The notes under the pieces are model-generated. The model was given only the letters and a program-made list of their open reading frames with translations, ran no database searches and was not told where the DNA came from. A stretch of DNA of 63,772 nt, filler included, from Bigelowiella natans CCMP2755 (Eukaryota; Protista; Cercozoa), in NCBI GenBank assembly GCA_000320545.1. It is 6 parts of 6 records of this genome, joined end to end, with 100 filler letters (N's around TTAATTAATTAA, not from the genome) between each part and the next. Parts side by side here need not be neighbours in the genome. Positions count along the whole stretch, not along the records: positions 36,640 to 53,005 come from ADNK01001305.1; positions 53,106 to 60,563 come from ADNK01002882.1; 4 more parts are not named here. The stretch is one strand, 5' to 3'. Within the stretch, counting starts at the first letter, position 1. Each line of letters begins with the position of its first letter. Position numbers and translations under genes: made by a program. This document shows positions 47,045-60,397 of this stretch, in pieces.

Positions 47045-48182
47045 CTATTCCGACAACAACCTCTAAGTTTTCTGGGCTCATCTGTCCCGTAATGGCGGTC
47101 TTCACGTCGTTGAGGCTAAGAGCGTCGATCTTCTCGCCCGGCGGATCGCAAAACCTTTGATTTGATGAAGGGTCGTGTACGAATGATGATGATGGTGATG
47201 ATGATGGTTGGTGATGATACTGGTATGTAATCGTTGCACCTATCATTCAAATAGCTAACTCCAATAAATTATCATCACGGATTGGCGAATCGCAAGGAGG
47301 GGATATTGGCTTGAGTCATACCTGGGGTCATCTGACGTGAGAGCACGTAGCAGTAGGTCCAAAGGCGCCAACTCGAGAGACGTTTTCGCACGCTGGCAGT
47401 GCGTATGCATCATCAGCTTGACATTCTCTAAGTCCTCCTCGGCCACATCCAAGTCCGTTAGCATCAGTCGTAGCAGCTGGACGGCACTTAACGCGCTGCT
47501 TGAAGGTGACCCGACCTACCATTCGTCGTCGGTTTCGGCGTAAAGTAGTAGAGTTGTTGTTGTTGTTGTTATTGTTGTTGTTGTTGTTGTTGTTGTTGTT
47601 ACTGTGTGTTTGGGTTATACATCGCACGCGACGGCATGCCCACAAATTTTTAACAAAATACACACACACCACGCACACGCACGCACTCATATATGCATAT
47701 TCTGCAGGTAGGCAACGGTCGTTTTCGTTGTCGCAGCAACCAGCATTTCGTCTCACTTGCGTATAAAATGGGCATCATCACCATCACCATCATCATCACC
47801 ATCACCATCATCATCACCATCACCATCATCACACGTGCACATTTGTTGTTGCTGCTGTCGCCGCCGACTTGTACCTCCCACCAAATCGTCTCCGGATTCA
47901 CTCCGAGCGTGACGTTTAGCAAGTTTTTGATGCAGAAAAGATCGATGTCCCCCCTCGTCCAGCCTGCTGCCGAGCCGCCCTGCATCACAACGTTGACTCC
48001 TGCTCTCACAGCCCCCGGCTGAGGGTGATGATGATGATGACGACGGAAAGTTTGGGGGGGGGAGGAGAAGGGAGATGGGGGTTACAGCGAAATCACTAGA
48101 GGCACATAGAAATAATTGTAATACTATCATAAAACCCACAACTCTCTCTTTCTCTTCCTCTCTCCTCCCCCCCCCCCCCCCC

Positions 48183-48216
<34 letters not shown>

Positions 48217-48538
48217 ATGTGTGTCTTCCCCCCCCCTCCCAATTTTTGTCCACATTTCTATCCGTGCGACTATACTGCAAAACATATGTATAATTCATAT
48301 ATATAGCCCATGACCACGGCTCCTTCTCCTGCCCCCCCTCCCCCCTCGTAGGAGAGGCCTCCAGCAGCAGATGCACGTATGAGAAAGTGATGGGCGATGT
48401 TCCCTGTGTTGTTCTTGAGAGAGATACGAATGCCGTTGCTCAGCCGCCGATGCACCACTTGTGTGGTTTCATCTTCATATCGTAGTAAAGAAGACGATGA
48501 GCTCCTATTCTGACCATCACCAGGTCGTCGAGGAGACA

Positions 48539-48569
<31 letters not shown>

Positions 48570-49460
48570 GAAGGAGGAGGGTGAAGATTTATCATCATCA
48601 ACAGCAGCAGCAGCATAATCGTCGTTGCCGTTTATGGGAATCCATCTCGGCTCATGCCTGCAAAGGATGATGGCTATCAGTCCCTTTTCACGACAACACG
48701 ATATATTCTAGCATTTCCCCATCTTCTTGAAATCTCGCATCATTACTACCACCACCAACATCATCATAGTCGTCATTGTCATCATGATAAGGAATATGCG
48801 TACGTCTTCGTCCATTGCAGCACCGTCGAGGGGGGTATAAGACGATGGCGACCTACCAAGAAACACAAATCAAGGATGGTGGCGTTGGGGGGGATCAAGA
48901 AGACGAAGATGATCTAGAGGAGGAAGATGATGATGATAGAAGAGATGGGTACGCGTATGTGGGTGTGTATGCACGCAGGTGTGCGTATGCGTATGCGTGT
49001 GTGCGTGTGATAAATCTTCATCGCATCGTGTGTGGTATATACCTGTCCCCTCTGCGCCATCCTCGTCATTATTCTTACTACGACTGCTCAGCTCCCCTCC
49101 CCCCCTCCTCCTTTCCTCCAACCGTTGCTGCCGTTTGGCCATCAGCAACCCCTCACCCGTCTCCTGGTCGCCTACTTGCTGCCTTTCTCTCTCGAAGTAG
49201 AAAGAGGGGGGAGGGGACTCAGGCCCTGCACGCAGTAGCGCGTCTACATGTGCCTCCACCGATATGCGTGCCCCCCCCCCGCCCCCACGGCCATTCTCTC
49301 TCTCCGTCGTCTCCCTCTCGAGACTCTCGGTTTTCGAGTTTATCTGGAGGTTCGGCGGCGTGCAGAGAAGTGCCGCTGATGTGCGTGGAGCATCCTGCAG
49401 TCCATACCGTGCTATGTACTCGAGCATTAGCCTCACTTCTGTGTTGATCTGATATATTAT

Positions 49461-49492
<32 letters not shown>

Positions 49493-49932
49493 CACACACA
49501 AACACATTGCAAATATAAATACACACTTCCAAAGGATACCGTAAGAGGCAACAGTAAGTAACCGCAAATACGTGTATATTAATATTTCACATCAACAAGA
49601 CCAAATAAACTCGGGTCTGACTTCCTTTCTTGTGACCTTGCTCTCCTCCTCCTCCTCCTCCCCCCTCCACACATGATGCGTACTGCTACTACTATTGCTG
49701 CTACTACCTGCTCTTTAGTGATCATCGGGGCGATGTTTAGGGCTAAGATAGAGTAATCCTTGTTTGACATGAAGGCATGCCCAAGAAGGTCAGCGTCCAT
49801 GAGAGCCTGAACAACATCTCCGGAGGGCACATCATCGCTTTGATCTCCAGCCTGTTGTTGAAACAGAATTCGGCGCATTTTCGTTCGCAACGCTACTCCA
49901 AAAAAAGAAAAAGGCCAGATGCTCGCTCATCG

Positions 49933-49970
<38 letters not shown>

Positions 49971-50450
49971 AAAAAATCATCCGAAGCTCTCTCGCCTCCT
50001 CTTTATTTGTGTCGCGAAGTCTTTTTGATTGTCTTCCTTCGATCCCCATCGCAACTACGCTATCGTCCATCAATACAGAAGCAACGAAGAGAAAAGGGGG
50101 GGGGGGGGGGGGGGGGGACGACGACCCAAAAAGGCTGATAGCTGCAAAGACCTCTCTCCGGTAGAATTGCAAGAGCAGCATGAGAGCCATCATCACTAGC
50201 ACATCGAGCGATAGTGAATCGATCGACGGGGTTTAAATAATACCTGTTTAGCATCGGCAACGAATGCGTCTTTCAAGCTGAGGAACTCGTCCTGTGAGAG
50301 GCCATGCTCGTACATCAGCCTAATCTCCTGCAAAGCTTCCTGAAGATCCTCCTCCCACTTCGCTATTCCGCAGTGAATCTACATATGAGCAAAATCAGCA
50401 TCGGTCTCTCTCTCCCTCTCTCAATGTAGTGTTTGTGTCTGTGGAATAAT

Positions 50451-50489
<39 letters not shown>

Positions 50490-51565
50490 GCACGTGTCGC
50501 GGTTGATGGGGGGAGGGGAGTGCCGTTACTCATGATGTAACTATCATCATCATCCTCATCACCACCACCACCGCCATTCGAATCACCAACCGATATGCGG
50601 CAGGAGCAATACCTTCACAGTCGTGACTTGGCAGCCTTCGCTCGCTGAGTCTGAGTGGTCAAACTCAATGCCTCCAAATGGCGCGGTGCTCTTGCAGCGC
50701 GAGCTGAGGCGATGAGCAATGGCCGACGCCTGATATGGTGGAAAAGGAGCGACGCGTTGGTGTTGTCGTTGTGATTACTGCGAGAAAACATTTTCTCTAA
50801 TTATAATCATTATCTCTCTTGCTATCATTACTACTACTACTGCTGCTGCTGCTGCTAACCGTACTAAATACCCCGATTCTCGTGGCGATGAAGTCCTTGA
50901 GGTCCTTGACCGTTTGGAGTGCAGATGGGGGGTTTTTCGCTCCCAATATGAGCTGCAGCTGCTGTGAGAGCAAGCTGTGCTCAAACAGCGAAACGGTGGA
51001 TGGGGAAGAAGAAGAAGAAGAAGAAGAAGAAGAAGAAGAAGAAGAAGAAGGAGGAGGAGGAGAACGGCCCCCCTTCCTCCTGCTCGCACTGGTGTTCGCT
51101 ACTACGGTGGGAGTGGTAGAGATGCTATCGAATTTGTAAGTCGCATTCTCCTCCTCCTCCTCCTCCTCTCCCTCCTCCTCCTCCTCGTATCCTGCGCGGG
51201 GGGCTCCATAGCTGTCTCTGCTCCATCGGTGAGCAACCCTTTGAGTGTCGGCCTCGTCATTTAGAGACTCCATGCCGGAGGGGGGGGGGGAGGAGGAGGA
51301 GGATGGCACGGGTCTCTCCTTCAAACCCTCATCGCCTTGGATAGGGAGGGCTTTACGCTTCCCCCCCTCCATGTGCGGTCGCTCTGGTTGCTCCATGGCT
51401 GTCTCAGTCGCTATCGTAGTCGTCGTCTTGTTCTCACCAGGGGGAGGGGGGGAGGGGGGGCTCGAAGGGGAAGGTTGCTTTTGCATCTTGAGGGAGGGCG
51501 GTGATAGTGAGATCTGAATCATCTTCATTATTGGCGAAGCTGAGGAAAATGATGGCGGTGATGGA

Positions 51566-51601
<36 letters not shown>

Positions 51602-52697
51602 TAATCATCAGGCTGGTAAACGGGGGTCTTGGAAATGCTCCCTTCATCCGCCAGCTTCTCTGCTCTACCCCCCTCTTCCCCGCCGCTACTCTCCACCCAG
51701 TCGCCGCGTCGTGCTCCAGTATCTTTGCCTCCCCTTTGCTGGCTTACCCCGCCATTATTACCATCGTCGCCTTTGTTGCTATTGAAGAGAAGTGAATTGC
51801 TGCTTTGCACACTGAGCTGTATCTGGTTGTTCAAACGGATTAGACCATCCCCCCCTGGAGGGACATCGTCGAGGGAACTAACTCTACTGCCCTGGTCGCC
51901 TCCCTCCCCCTCTTCCTCCTCCTTGTCTTTGATGCTATCGGCATCCCCCCCCCGGTCGCTGTTATTCTTATCGCCACGACGACGCAGCAGCAGGGGGGTG
52001 AGCTGCTTGAGCGACTTTATGCGTGAAAGTGAGGAGCCTATGTCGCCAAGACGCTGCGCTAATTTGTCAAAATCGCCGGCTCCACGACCGCGCTGGGGGG
52101 GGACGGATTCGAAGACGCGACGAATGCTCTCCTCAGCCTCTGCAGCATCCAAGTCTCCCACCTGCCCACCGTTAAGCATTAGAAAAATAGTGTAAGAACC
52201 GAAGAGGAGGTGGGTTGATGGGGGGGGCAGACGGGCAGAGGGAAAAGCTAATATCTATCTCTCTCACACAAACACACACGCTTCGCCTTCCAACCAGCTT
52301 AGATCAGCGAAAGACCGACGATAAATTTGCGCGTGTGTGGTGTTCTACGCTCTCCGTGTGCGAGCGACGAGGTGAGGTGGGGTGGGTGCGATCGTGGATG
52401 GCGGTGGTGAGGGCCTCACGATGAAGAGGTCCGCCCTTCCAGGATGATAAAAGCGATTGTAGAAGCTTCGGACCGAGGACGCAGGGGTGGTAGAGATCAC
52501 GGCCTCCGAACCGATAGGCAATCTAAGGAGTGTAGAGGGAATTGTTCAAGAGTTTGTATCAACCAGCAAACAGGCAACGATTTGCGTGGCAGCAGCAGCA
52601 GCTACCAGCAGCCATACCTGTTCGGAAGAATGGTCTCTTTGTGTAGTTCCCCGATCTCCTTGGTGGTGATGCGGTACTCAAGCGTCGACATCATACT
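44216..52697 (-). CDS. SPP: Stromal processing peptidase (M16 metallopeptidase), multi-exon; N-terminal HxxEH region lost at the gap
   Basis: MMSTLEYRITKEIGELHKETILPN/RLPIGSE..VRSFYNRFYHPG, EHSLLSQ..QTVKDLKDFIATRI, PFGGIEFDHSDSASEGCQVTTV, RRLSNGIRI, LNNELFIIVRDTLSLTY, VERAVDACEGVL and LTTDDIHDVY..KCIAVSG align in order with plant SPP motifs. Confidence 0.9.
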
Positions 52698-53105
52698 TAA
52701 GGGGGGGGGGGGGGGGAACGGGGGAAAAAATCAGAACCAAAGAAAAAGTTATAAATCATTGGATAAAATCCTAACCCAAGAAATGGCGACCCACCTGTCT
52801 TTTAATTAGTTATTAATACCTTTAGCCCCCCCCCTTTCCAAATACCCCACTAAATTAATACGCTATGTCCACATCTCTCTCTCTGGCTCTCTCTCGTCCC
52901 CCCTCCCACCAATTTTGAAACCAGGGAAATTTACCGCCAGGGGGCCAAAACATATGCCTCGATTTATAAAGGGGACTACCAACTCCTCATAACCCGGCGT
53001 CGCAGNNNNNNNNNNNNNNNNNNNNNNNNNNNNNNNNNNNNNNNNNNNNTTAATTAATTAANNNNNNNNNNNNNNNNNNNNNNNNNNNNNNNNNNNNNNN
53101 NNNNN

Positions 53106-53384
53106 CGACGATTGGCGCATGAAGATTGTCTATCTAGGCTACCCTGGATTACGAAATATGGAGAGGGTAGCTATGAAATAAAGGACGGAAAATATCAGCT
53201 ACTCTACCTAGCTGTTCCCGACTTACCCTTTGAGCACTGGTATAAGGTCCTGGGGGACCTTGATGCAGAGGGCTGGTATGGACACGAACCTAAGGACGAA
53301 GGTGAGTTCTGGGTAAGCGACAAAGGAGATAAGGTTAGAGAGGAATCTATTACCTGGTGGTTGGTGAAGTTCCGAAAGCGATGA
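53106..53384 (+). CDS. C-terminal fragment of a retroelement ORF (end of pol or an extra ORF)
   Basis: Frame is open from the contig start, with A-rich codon usage like the gag ORF. No recognised domain. Confidence 0.65.
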   Translation, partial: RRLAHEDCLSRLPWITKYGEGSYEIKDGKYQLLYLAVPDLPFEHWYKVLGDLDAEGWYGHEPKDEGEFWVSDKGDKVREESITWWLVKFRKR

Positions 53385-53435
53385 AGGTCTAAGGGAATAA
53401 GGAAGGAAGGAAGGAGCAACGTGACTTGGGGGAGG

Positions 53436-53761
53436 TGTAGCGCGTACCACTACGCGGGCACAAGTCACGTGCGACAACAAAGGGGTTGTCGCGGATATAG
53501 AATATAGATAACGTAGATATTAATACAGCATAGGCACGTGGGTTCCGGCGGGACTCATGGCAGCACACCGGAAGTGTGCTGCCCCACGTGCGGCGGCATT
53601 CGCGAAAGCTTCGCGAATGATTACGCAGTGCACGATTTAATAAAAATATAATCTTTAATAAAAATAAACACAACTCTTCAAAAGGAAGCAAACGTGCCTT
53701 TCCCCCCCCCTGCCTACTTGTGCACGTAGCGCCTCGGCCTGTGAACACCTTACGCGCAACA
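53436..53761 (+). repeat. 3' LTR (326 bp)
   Basis: Near-identical to 7795-8122 and preceded directly by the PPT. Confidence 0.95.
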
Positions 53762-53863
53762 AAGACACAGAAGTCAACACTGGAACTGATCGCCCCGTTG
53801 TTTGCCTTTCATCGCAAACAAGGCGTTGCATTTCACCCTAACGCAAGGTGAACGGAAAAATTG

Positions 53864-55608
53864 ATGAACAAGGTCGATCACGAAGACCCCAGACTGGCAC
53901 AGTCTAGCAGTGTTCTGCGCGCGAGGTGCGATGCACGTTGCAGCCTTGTTCACAGCCTTCTGGCCTTTTTTGAGCACGCCAGCACGTCGTTGCAGTTCAG
54001 ATCAGCATCATCGATCGTGCGCGAACTGTCGTTGCTTCATCACACCATTTCAAACACTTCCACACACAGGAAAGGAAAACGTCAAGTCTGGTCGTGCGAA
54101 CCACGCGGATGAGGAAACTGGAGAGTTGAAAATGGAGTCGATGTGACAGCCTTCCTTCGCGACAAGATCTTGCTGTGTCGCAAGAATTCAAATCTCGAGA
54201 TCTCGATGAGAACTGATGGACATAGGAGAAAATGAAGTAAATTCTACCAAGCGTCAATCTCAAAAGCAAGTCGCAACTGTGATTGAGAAGCGGTGCCTGT
54301 TCACATCTCAACAAATCGTTTGGAATTCTGAACGGATCTAAGATGCAAATAGGTGTGGTCGTCATACAAACATTCATGACGCAAGGAAGAATTGGAAGGC
54401 GTTTAAGAACTCTGCCGCTTCATTCGCCAATAGATATTTCTTACAAGGGTTAACCTCTGCGTTGGAGGAGGGATAACAAGGAACGGGGAGAACAGAATCT
54501 CGTCAAGAATGGAGGAGGAGCTGGACCAGGAAAGGTTAGAGTCGTTCGCAGTAGAGCTCTTGCTTTAAATTTGTGGATAAATGTTAATAAGGCACACAAA
54601 CTTTTGCCCGCACAAGAAGAACTCACCACACTTTTCCCGATGTCTCCAGGATCATGGAGCACATAAAGGAGGTCCAACGCGCGAATCGGCACCGACTCGA
54701 TGTGGAGAAAGAGATGCTCGTCCAAGAGAGTATCAACGAAGGACTCATGTCCACCCTTCTCAATATAAGAGACATGCACCAGAAGTCCGGAAACAAGTCT
54801 ACTGTGGCGGTGAGTGCAACCAAATCCAATTAATTGTTATTCTGATGTGATAATAGCTGTCTCAATATTACCTACAGCTCATCGATTCAGTGCTTCTTCT
54901 ATGCGACGCAAACGTACGTAAACCTGTTTGACAGCTGTTTCATTCCGGTGCTGACCCGTCACTACCTAACGATCAGGTTGTGCTCCGCAACGACATGTGG
55001 GAGAAGCTTTCCAGGCTTTCTCAGGTTAATAAAAGAGGCAAAATGGGGGGGGGCGTGGCAACATGATGGGGGCATCAGCATTTGGCTTCGTGCCACTCAT
55101 TACGCTTACCTTCGGTCGTAGGTTCAAATGGAGCAGAAAAACCTGAACGAACACGAAAAGCAGCACATTTTCTTTGAAGCCAACCTCGACCTCAACGAGA
55201 GCGCTGTTTACAAGAAGTCAAAGCAGGTCTTTCCCCCCTCCCCCCCCTCCCCCCCCTCCCCCAGCCAAAGGAAAAATACGCATGGATCCCCATTCTACCG
55301 CTCACGTATAAGCACCTCTGGTACCGACTTGATCGGTTTGTTTGCTGATGTGTAGAGGGCATACGCTCCCCAAAGGCCGTACCAGGCGGCTACCATATCT
55401 GCAGAGACGAATAGCTGTAATCGTAGCGATAGCAGCACCAGCGGAGGAGTTAGTGGGACGGGGACGATGCTAATGAATAGGAGCACCTCCATGATCAACT
55501 TGTCAACCCCAGACACGCTGCGAAGTGCTGGGGTACCCAGCCCTTCCGAAGCTGATAGAAAGTGAGTTGTGGTGAATTGAACCCCCAGACGACGACGAGA
55601 TTCTCACC

Positions 55609-55641
<33 letters not shown>

Positions 55642-58600
55642 AAGGCAGTGGAGTATTAAACGAGAAAGGACCGTGCACACTTATCATCATGCTCTGCGGC
55701 CTTGTTGCGATCTTTTTGGCCGTTAAGAGTAGCCATGCCTTGGTTTGGTGAAGCAGTCGGTGTTGGGACGCAAGATCATCACATCATCTGCATCGAATTT
55801 TGCGATGTGCATGTGTGAGCTGCTTCTCACAAGATGTCCACATGTGTCACCAATATATATTCTATAATATTGTACATTGTTTTTGGGGCTCGCTCACTGT
55901 TATCCTCAATGTCACCATCATCAGGCTGGGCGCGGTGTGGGAAGAGCAAGAATTGCCTAGCAGCGAAGCCGTATATCGAGGCAGCATCGAAGCGCTCGGG
56001 GTAGTAGCAGTACTACTGTGGTGTTGTTGAATAAGCCCTCCTTGTGTTTACCTCTATGATGCCATCGGTGACGGCGACGATAATGATAATGACGATGATG
56101 ATGATGATGATGATGATGAGCGATAACCTCTCCCAGGCGCAACTCCCCTTCGATCACGTCTCAGCCGGTGATGGCAAACGGTAGGCCACGCGCAAAGCGA
56201 CAATGACTTCTGCCCGACGACGACGTGTTTTTGTTTTAAGACTGGCAGTGAGATAACACCGGCTTTCATGCCTCGTTTTCCCGAATATAAGGGAGAAAAA
56301 ACACACATCTTTAACGAGCCTCTGATGTGAGTTGAATCGGCCATTGCCACTCTCAGTCAGGGAGAATAGTGACCCTACCATGAGAAAGCTCCGTAATTTC
56401 GCTGCTGTGTTGTTCCCAATCCTCGCTAATTTGCTTATGATACCGCCTAGATGCCTCGATAAGCTGATGGTGACTCTGCGGAAGAACACGCCTCTCCTTG
56501 GGAACCAGGTAGCAGCCATTGCAATCGATGGATATGACAAGTATGCATCGTTGCGCAATGCTGGAAGATATGCTGTCAGTTATGATGGTGATGTAGACTT
56601 TGTATATGGTGAGCGCGCGCGCGCGCACACACACACACACATACACACACACACATTATGCTGCAAGAGGTTCCTGTTTCCAACTCCACTGCAACGGTGA
56701 CCCATGACGACGACGACAACAACGATGAAGCTGCATGATGATGATGATGCATGATGATGATGATTGCATGATGATGATGATTGCATGATGATAATGCACG
56801 ACCTTCGGTCCGCACACGATTGACATCTTTGCTTACCACACCCTAGTTTTCATGATTAATCTGCATAGTTATTATTATTATGATTTATTATGACCTATTA
56901 TTTAATATCATCGTTGCGATAGACTTAGCGATAGAATCACGCGCCATTCATTAGCCATCGTCATCGTCGTCGTCATCACCACCACGAATCGTACACACCT
57001 TAAGGTGAGCATGCTGGAGGTGCGGATCAACCCCAGCGCTCCGCTGGAATTCCAGCTCTGGAATCGAACGCCAGGGGGGGGGGACGGGGCTGCGGACGCG
57101 TCTAACACGACAGTCGAGGAAGGCCCCGCACCGAACTTCAGGATCACGTTCACGGATGTGGATGGTGGTGTTGCGAAGGAGCGCAAGGGAGGCGAAAACG
57201 ACGAGGCTTCTGCACTCCCAGCCGACCTCACGCAATGCGCCTACCTTGGGTCGCAGCAGCTCTTCGTGTCCCAGCTGCACAAACTCGCGCTCTCCCCCCT
57301 CTACCTCAGCCTCGATCTTATGGTAATAACCTACACGCGTGGTGGTGGTTGGCAAGCACCTAGCTGGTAGTTGGCGGTGGTGGTAGTAGGTAGTGGCGAG
57401 TGCGGTGATGAGAGCTACAACAGTAGTACTCGATGGGGGGAGGTGTGCTTGTAGTAGAAGTAGTAGTGGCGTGGGTGATAGTAGGAGTAGTGGTAGCACG
57501 TGGAAGAGGATGATGCTGCTTCCAGGCGGTCATTTCGAGGCCGCAGTGACACTGCGTTGTGTGCGCGCACATCCTGACGAGTCATCAATCATATACTGTC
57601 GTGCTATGCTAAACACAGAGTATGGGAAAGCACAGCAGCCTCCTGGGCGCCGCAGATTCACGATCCCCCCCCTTGCCGTACTCCCAGAGGCCTCAAGGAG
57701 GAGACGGCGGCGGCCTCGGCGGCAGTGCCGCTATGCTCTTCGAGCCCATACCGACCGAGCTTCCTCCGGGATGGGAGCATGGCGTCTCACGGGATGGAAC
57801 CCCCTTCCTCTTACAGGTAGTAGTAGTAGTTGTTGTTGTTGTTGTTGTTGCCGTCGTTGCTGTCGTAATAGTAGCAGGGGTATATAACAACTAGCAAGAG
57901 TGGTAATCGAAGTAGTAGTAGTAGTAGTAGTAGCAGCAGCAGCAGTGAGAGAAAATAGGAAGAAAAACAGGCGTAGCATATCGGATATGTAACCCCCTTC
58001 TCCGCACCCCACTCACCACTCGCAGAGGGACCGCGGAGATACGGCGTGGAAGCTGGGGGACACGATCTTCGGCCTCAAAAGGGCGGCGCTCAGCCCTGGC
58101 GCGAAGGGAAGGCAGTTGGGGAAAAATAGCCAGCAGAATCAACCGAGCGCTTCGCCGGCAGATAAGGAATCTACTTCCTCCTCCTCTTCCTCTCCCCCAG
58201 CGGCGCCACTACCATCATCATCATCAACATCGCCGTCGCCGGCAAAGAGCAGCAAGCTCGCCCCTTTTGACCGAAGCAAGCCGCTGAGCTGGGTCGGGCT
58301 GACAGCCAGGTCGCCCCTCCCCTCTGGCGGCATCATTATCCGGACAGAGCAAGGGGGGACGCTGCTGGCTTACGTAAAGAACCGAATCGCGGTAAGACCA
58401 CATACACACACACACACGCGCGCGCGCGCGCGCACACACACACATACAGACGCACAATTATGTTGTAGAGCAATAGCTACGACGTACAACGAGAGCAAAA
58501 CACTGGGCGTATCAGCCGTGCCACTATAACAAATATAGCCAATATTCTTGGATCGCTAGTAGTTGTAGTAGTTCGTGGTAGTAGTAGTAGTTACTGCATT

Positions 58601-59014
58601 TCCGCTGCAAAGGTTATAAAAGGTGTTGTTTGGACGTCTGAGCGCGGAAAATCGGGCAGCATCTGCCAATAAGCAGTTTGGGGGCTCCGCCGTGTTTAAC
58701 GCCCTGAGAAATACCTCGTGATCATCATCCATAGCACATCATTCCTGCGTCATCTCCCCCCCCCCCCCCCCCCTCCCCCCCTCCGCCTCTCCGCCCCTCC
58801 GCCCCACCCTTGATTACACAGCTCTCCATGAATGGTGAGCACCGATATGCTATGGCGAGGGATGGATTGGGCAGCTGGTCAGTGCTTGGCGCACATGGGA
58901 GGCGTATCAAGATAATGGAGGCGAAGGCGCCGTCTCCCACGAAGATCTCCTCTCCCCACGAAGGTCAGAGGAGCAGCAGTCAGCTCAAGAAGCCCTCCTC
59001 GTCGGACTTTGCTG

Positions 59015-59048
<34 letters not shown>

Positions 59049-59414
59049 TTCAAAGGGGAAAAAGGGAAGGAAAAAACAGTGTACACGGGAACAAAAACAA
59101 TTGCTCTCCTCTCTGAGAATGGGTGAGTGCCCCCCCCCCTGTCCCAAAACCCCCTTTTTTTTTTACCCCCCCCCCCCGCCTTGTTATTTCCCCCCCCCCC
59201 CCCCAACCCCTCCTTGGGAAGGGAAGACACCCCCAAAGCCGATGCAAAGGTACCCCTTTGACCCCCCCAACGAAAAAAAAAAAATCTTTTTTGGGGGGGA
59301 GAAAAAAAAGAGGGGGGGGCGCCCCTTCAGAGGTGCCCCTCTCGCCAAGCTCTTCGAGGGGGGGTTTATATCAGAAAATAGAAGAGAGAAATTCATATAT
59401 ACAGTATATGTGTA

Positions 59415-59460
<46 letters not shown>

Positions 59461-59837
59461 ATATTTCATAGGTGTTCACAGGTATTTGTATTGTCCCTTG
59501 TTGGGAAAGATTTTTTTCCGCTCAATAAAAATTGGGTCCAACATGGAATCAGGAAAACACAATATTCCCTCGAGTGGGGGAGAGGGGGGGGGGGGGGGGA
59601 TGGATGTTGCATATGCTGGTGGTGGTGAAAATGATAACCGGCCTTTTGCAATAGGTGACGCACCCACACTTCCCAACGAACATCCTCAATATCTTCCTCC
59701 TCATGTACCACAGGTGAGAAGAGAAAGACAGCAGTGAAATAATAATAATAATAATAATAATAATTAATAAGTAGTAGTAGTAGTAGTAGTAGTAGTTGCA
59801 ATAATAGACGTAGCTACTGGTGGAAATAGTATTCGCG

Positions 59838-59875
<38 letters not shown>

Positions 59876-60055
59876 ATATGTATCCACCTCGAATGCTTTC
59901 CTGACAGTAACCTCCCTTACGTGTGTACTTTGCTTGCTGGCCGCCAGTTTTACCACTCCTCGAGAGCTTCTCGCCCGGCTTGTCTCTAGGTCGTCAGCCG
60001 CGCCCTCTTCGCCTCCCCCTTCTTCCCTGCCCCTTTAACATGCCCCTTATATGTA

Positions 60056-60123
<68 letters not shown>

Positions 60124-60264
60124 TGTACTTGATAGATATTTCATGCCAACGCCTATGAACATGGTCCCCGACGAGCTGAGAGAGTTCCAAACAACTCAAC
60201 GGGTAATGGAAGTGAGAGGGGGGGGGGGGGGGGGCTATCTGCGAAATTTGCTTCTACTGCTTCT

Positions 60265-60305
<41 letters not shown>

Positions 60306-60397
60306 ATGTCTGGGCGTTTTTGTTTCTGTTGCCCCAAATCCTCCCATTGATGAGAGATATGCTGACACGCTGGATCCCTAACCCCTACACCTACTAA
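53864..60397 (+). CDS. Large multi-exon gene with a WW domain and a possible C2-like domain; exact model uncertain
   Basis: GT-AG exons VVLRNDMWEKLSRLSQ, VQMEQKNLNEHEKQHIFFEAN, LEFQLWNRT...YLGSQQLFVSQL (C2-like), ELPPGWEHGVSRDGTPFLLQ/RDRGDTAW (WW), and terminal ILPLMRDMLTRWIPNPYTY*. Confidence 0.6.

Larger units (their letters stand above)
53106..53761 (+). mobile_element. 3' end of the same LTR retrotransposon family (ORF C-terminus, PPT, 3' LTR)
   Basis: An ORF is open from the gap to its stop at 53384, followed by a purine-rich 3' region, the PPT GGGGGAGG at 53428-53435 and the LTR at 53436-53761. Confidence 0.92.
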
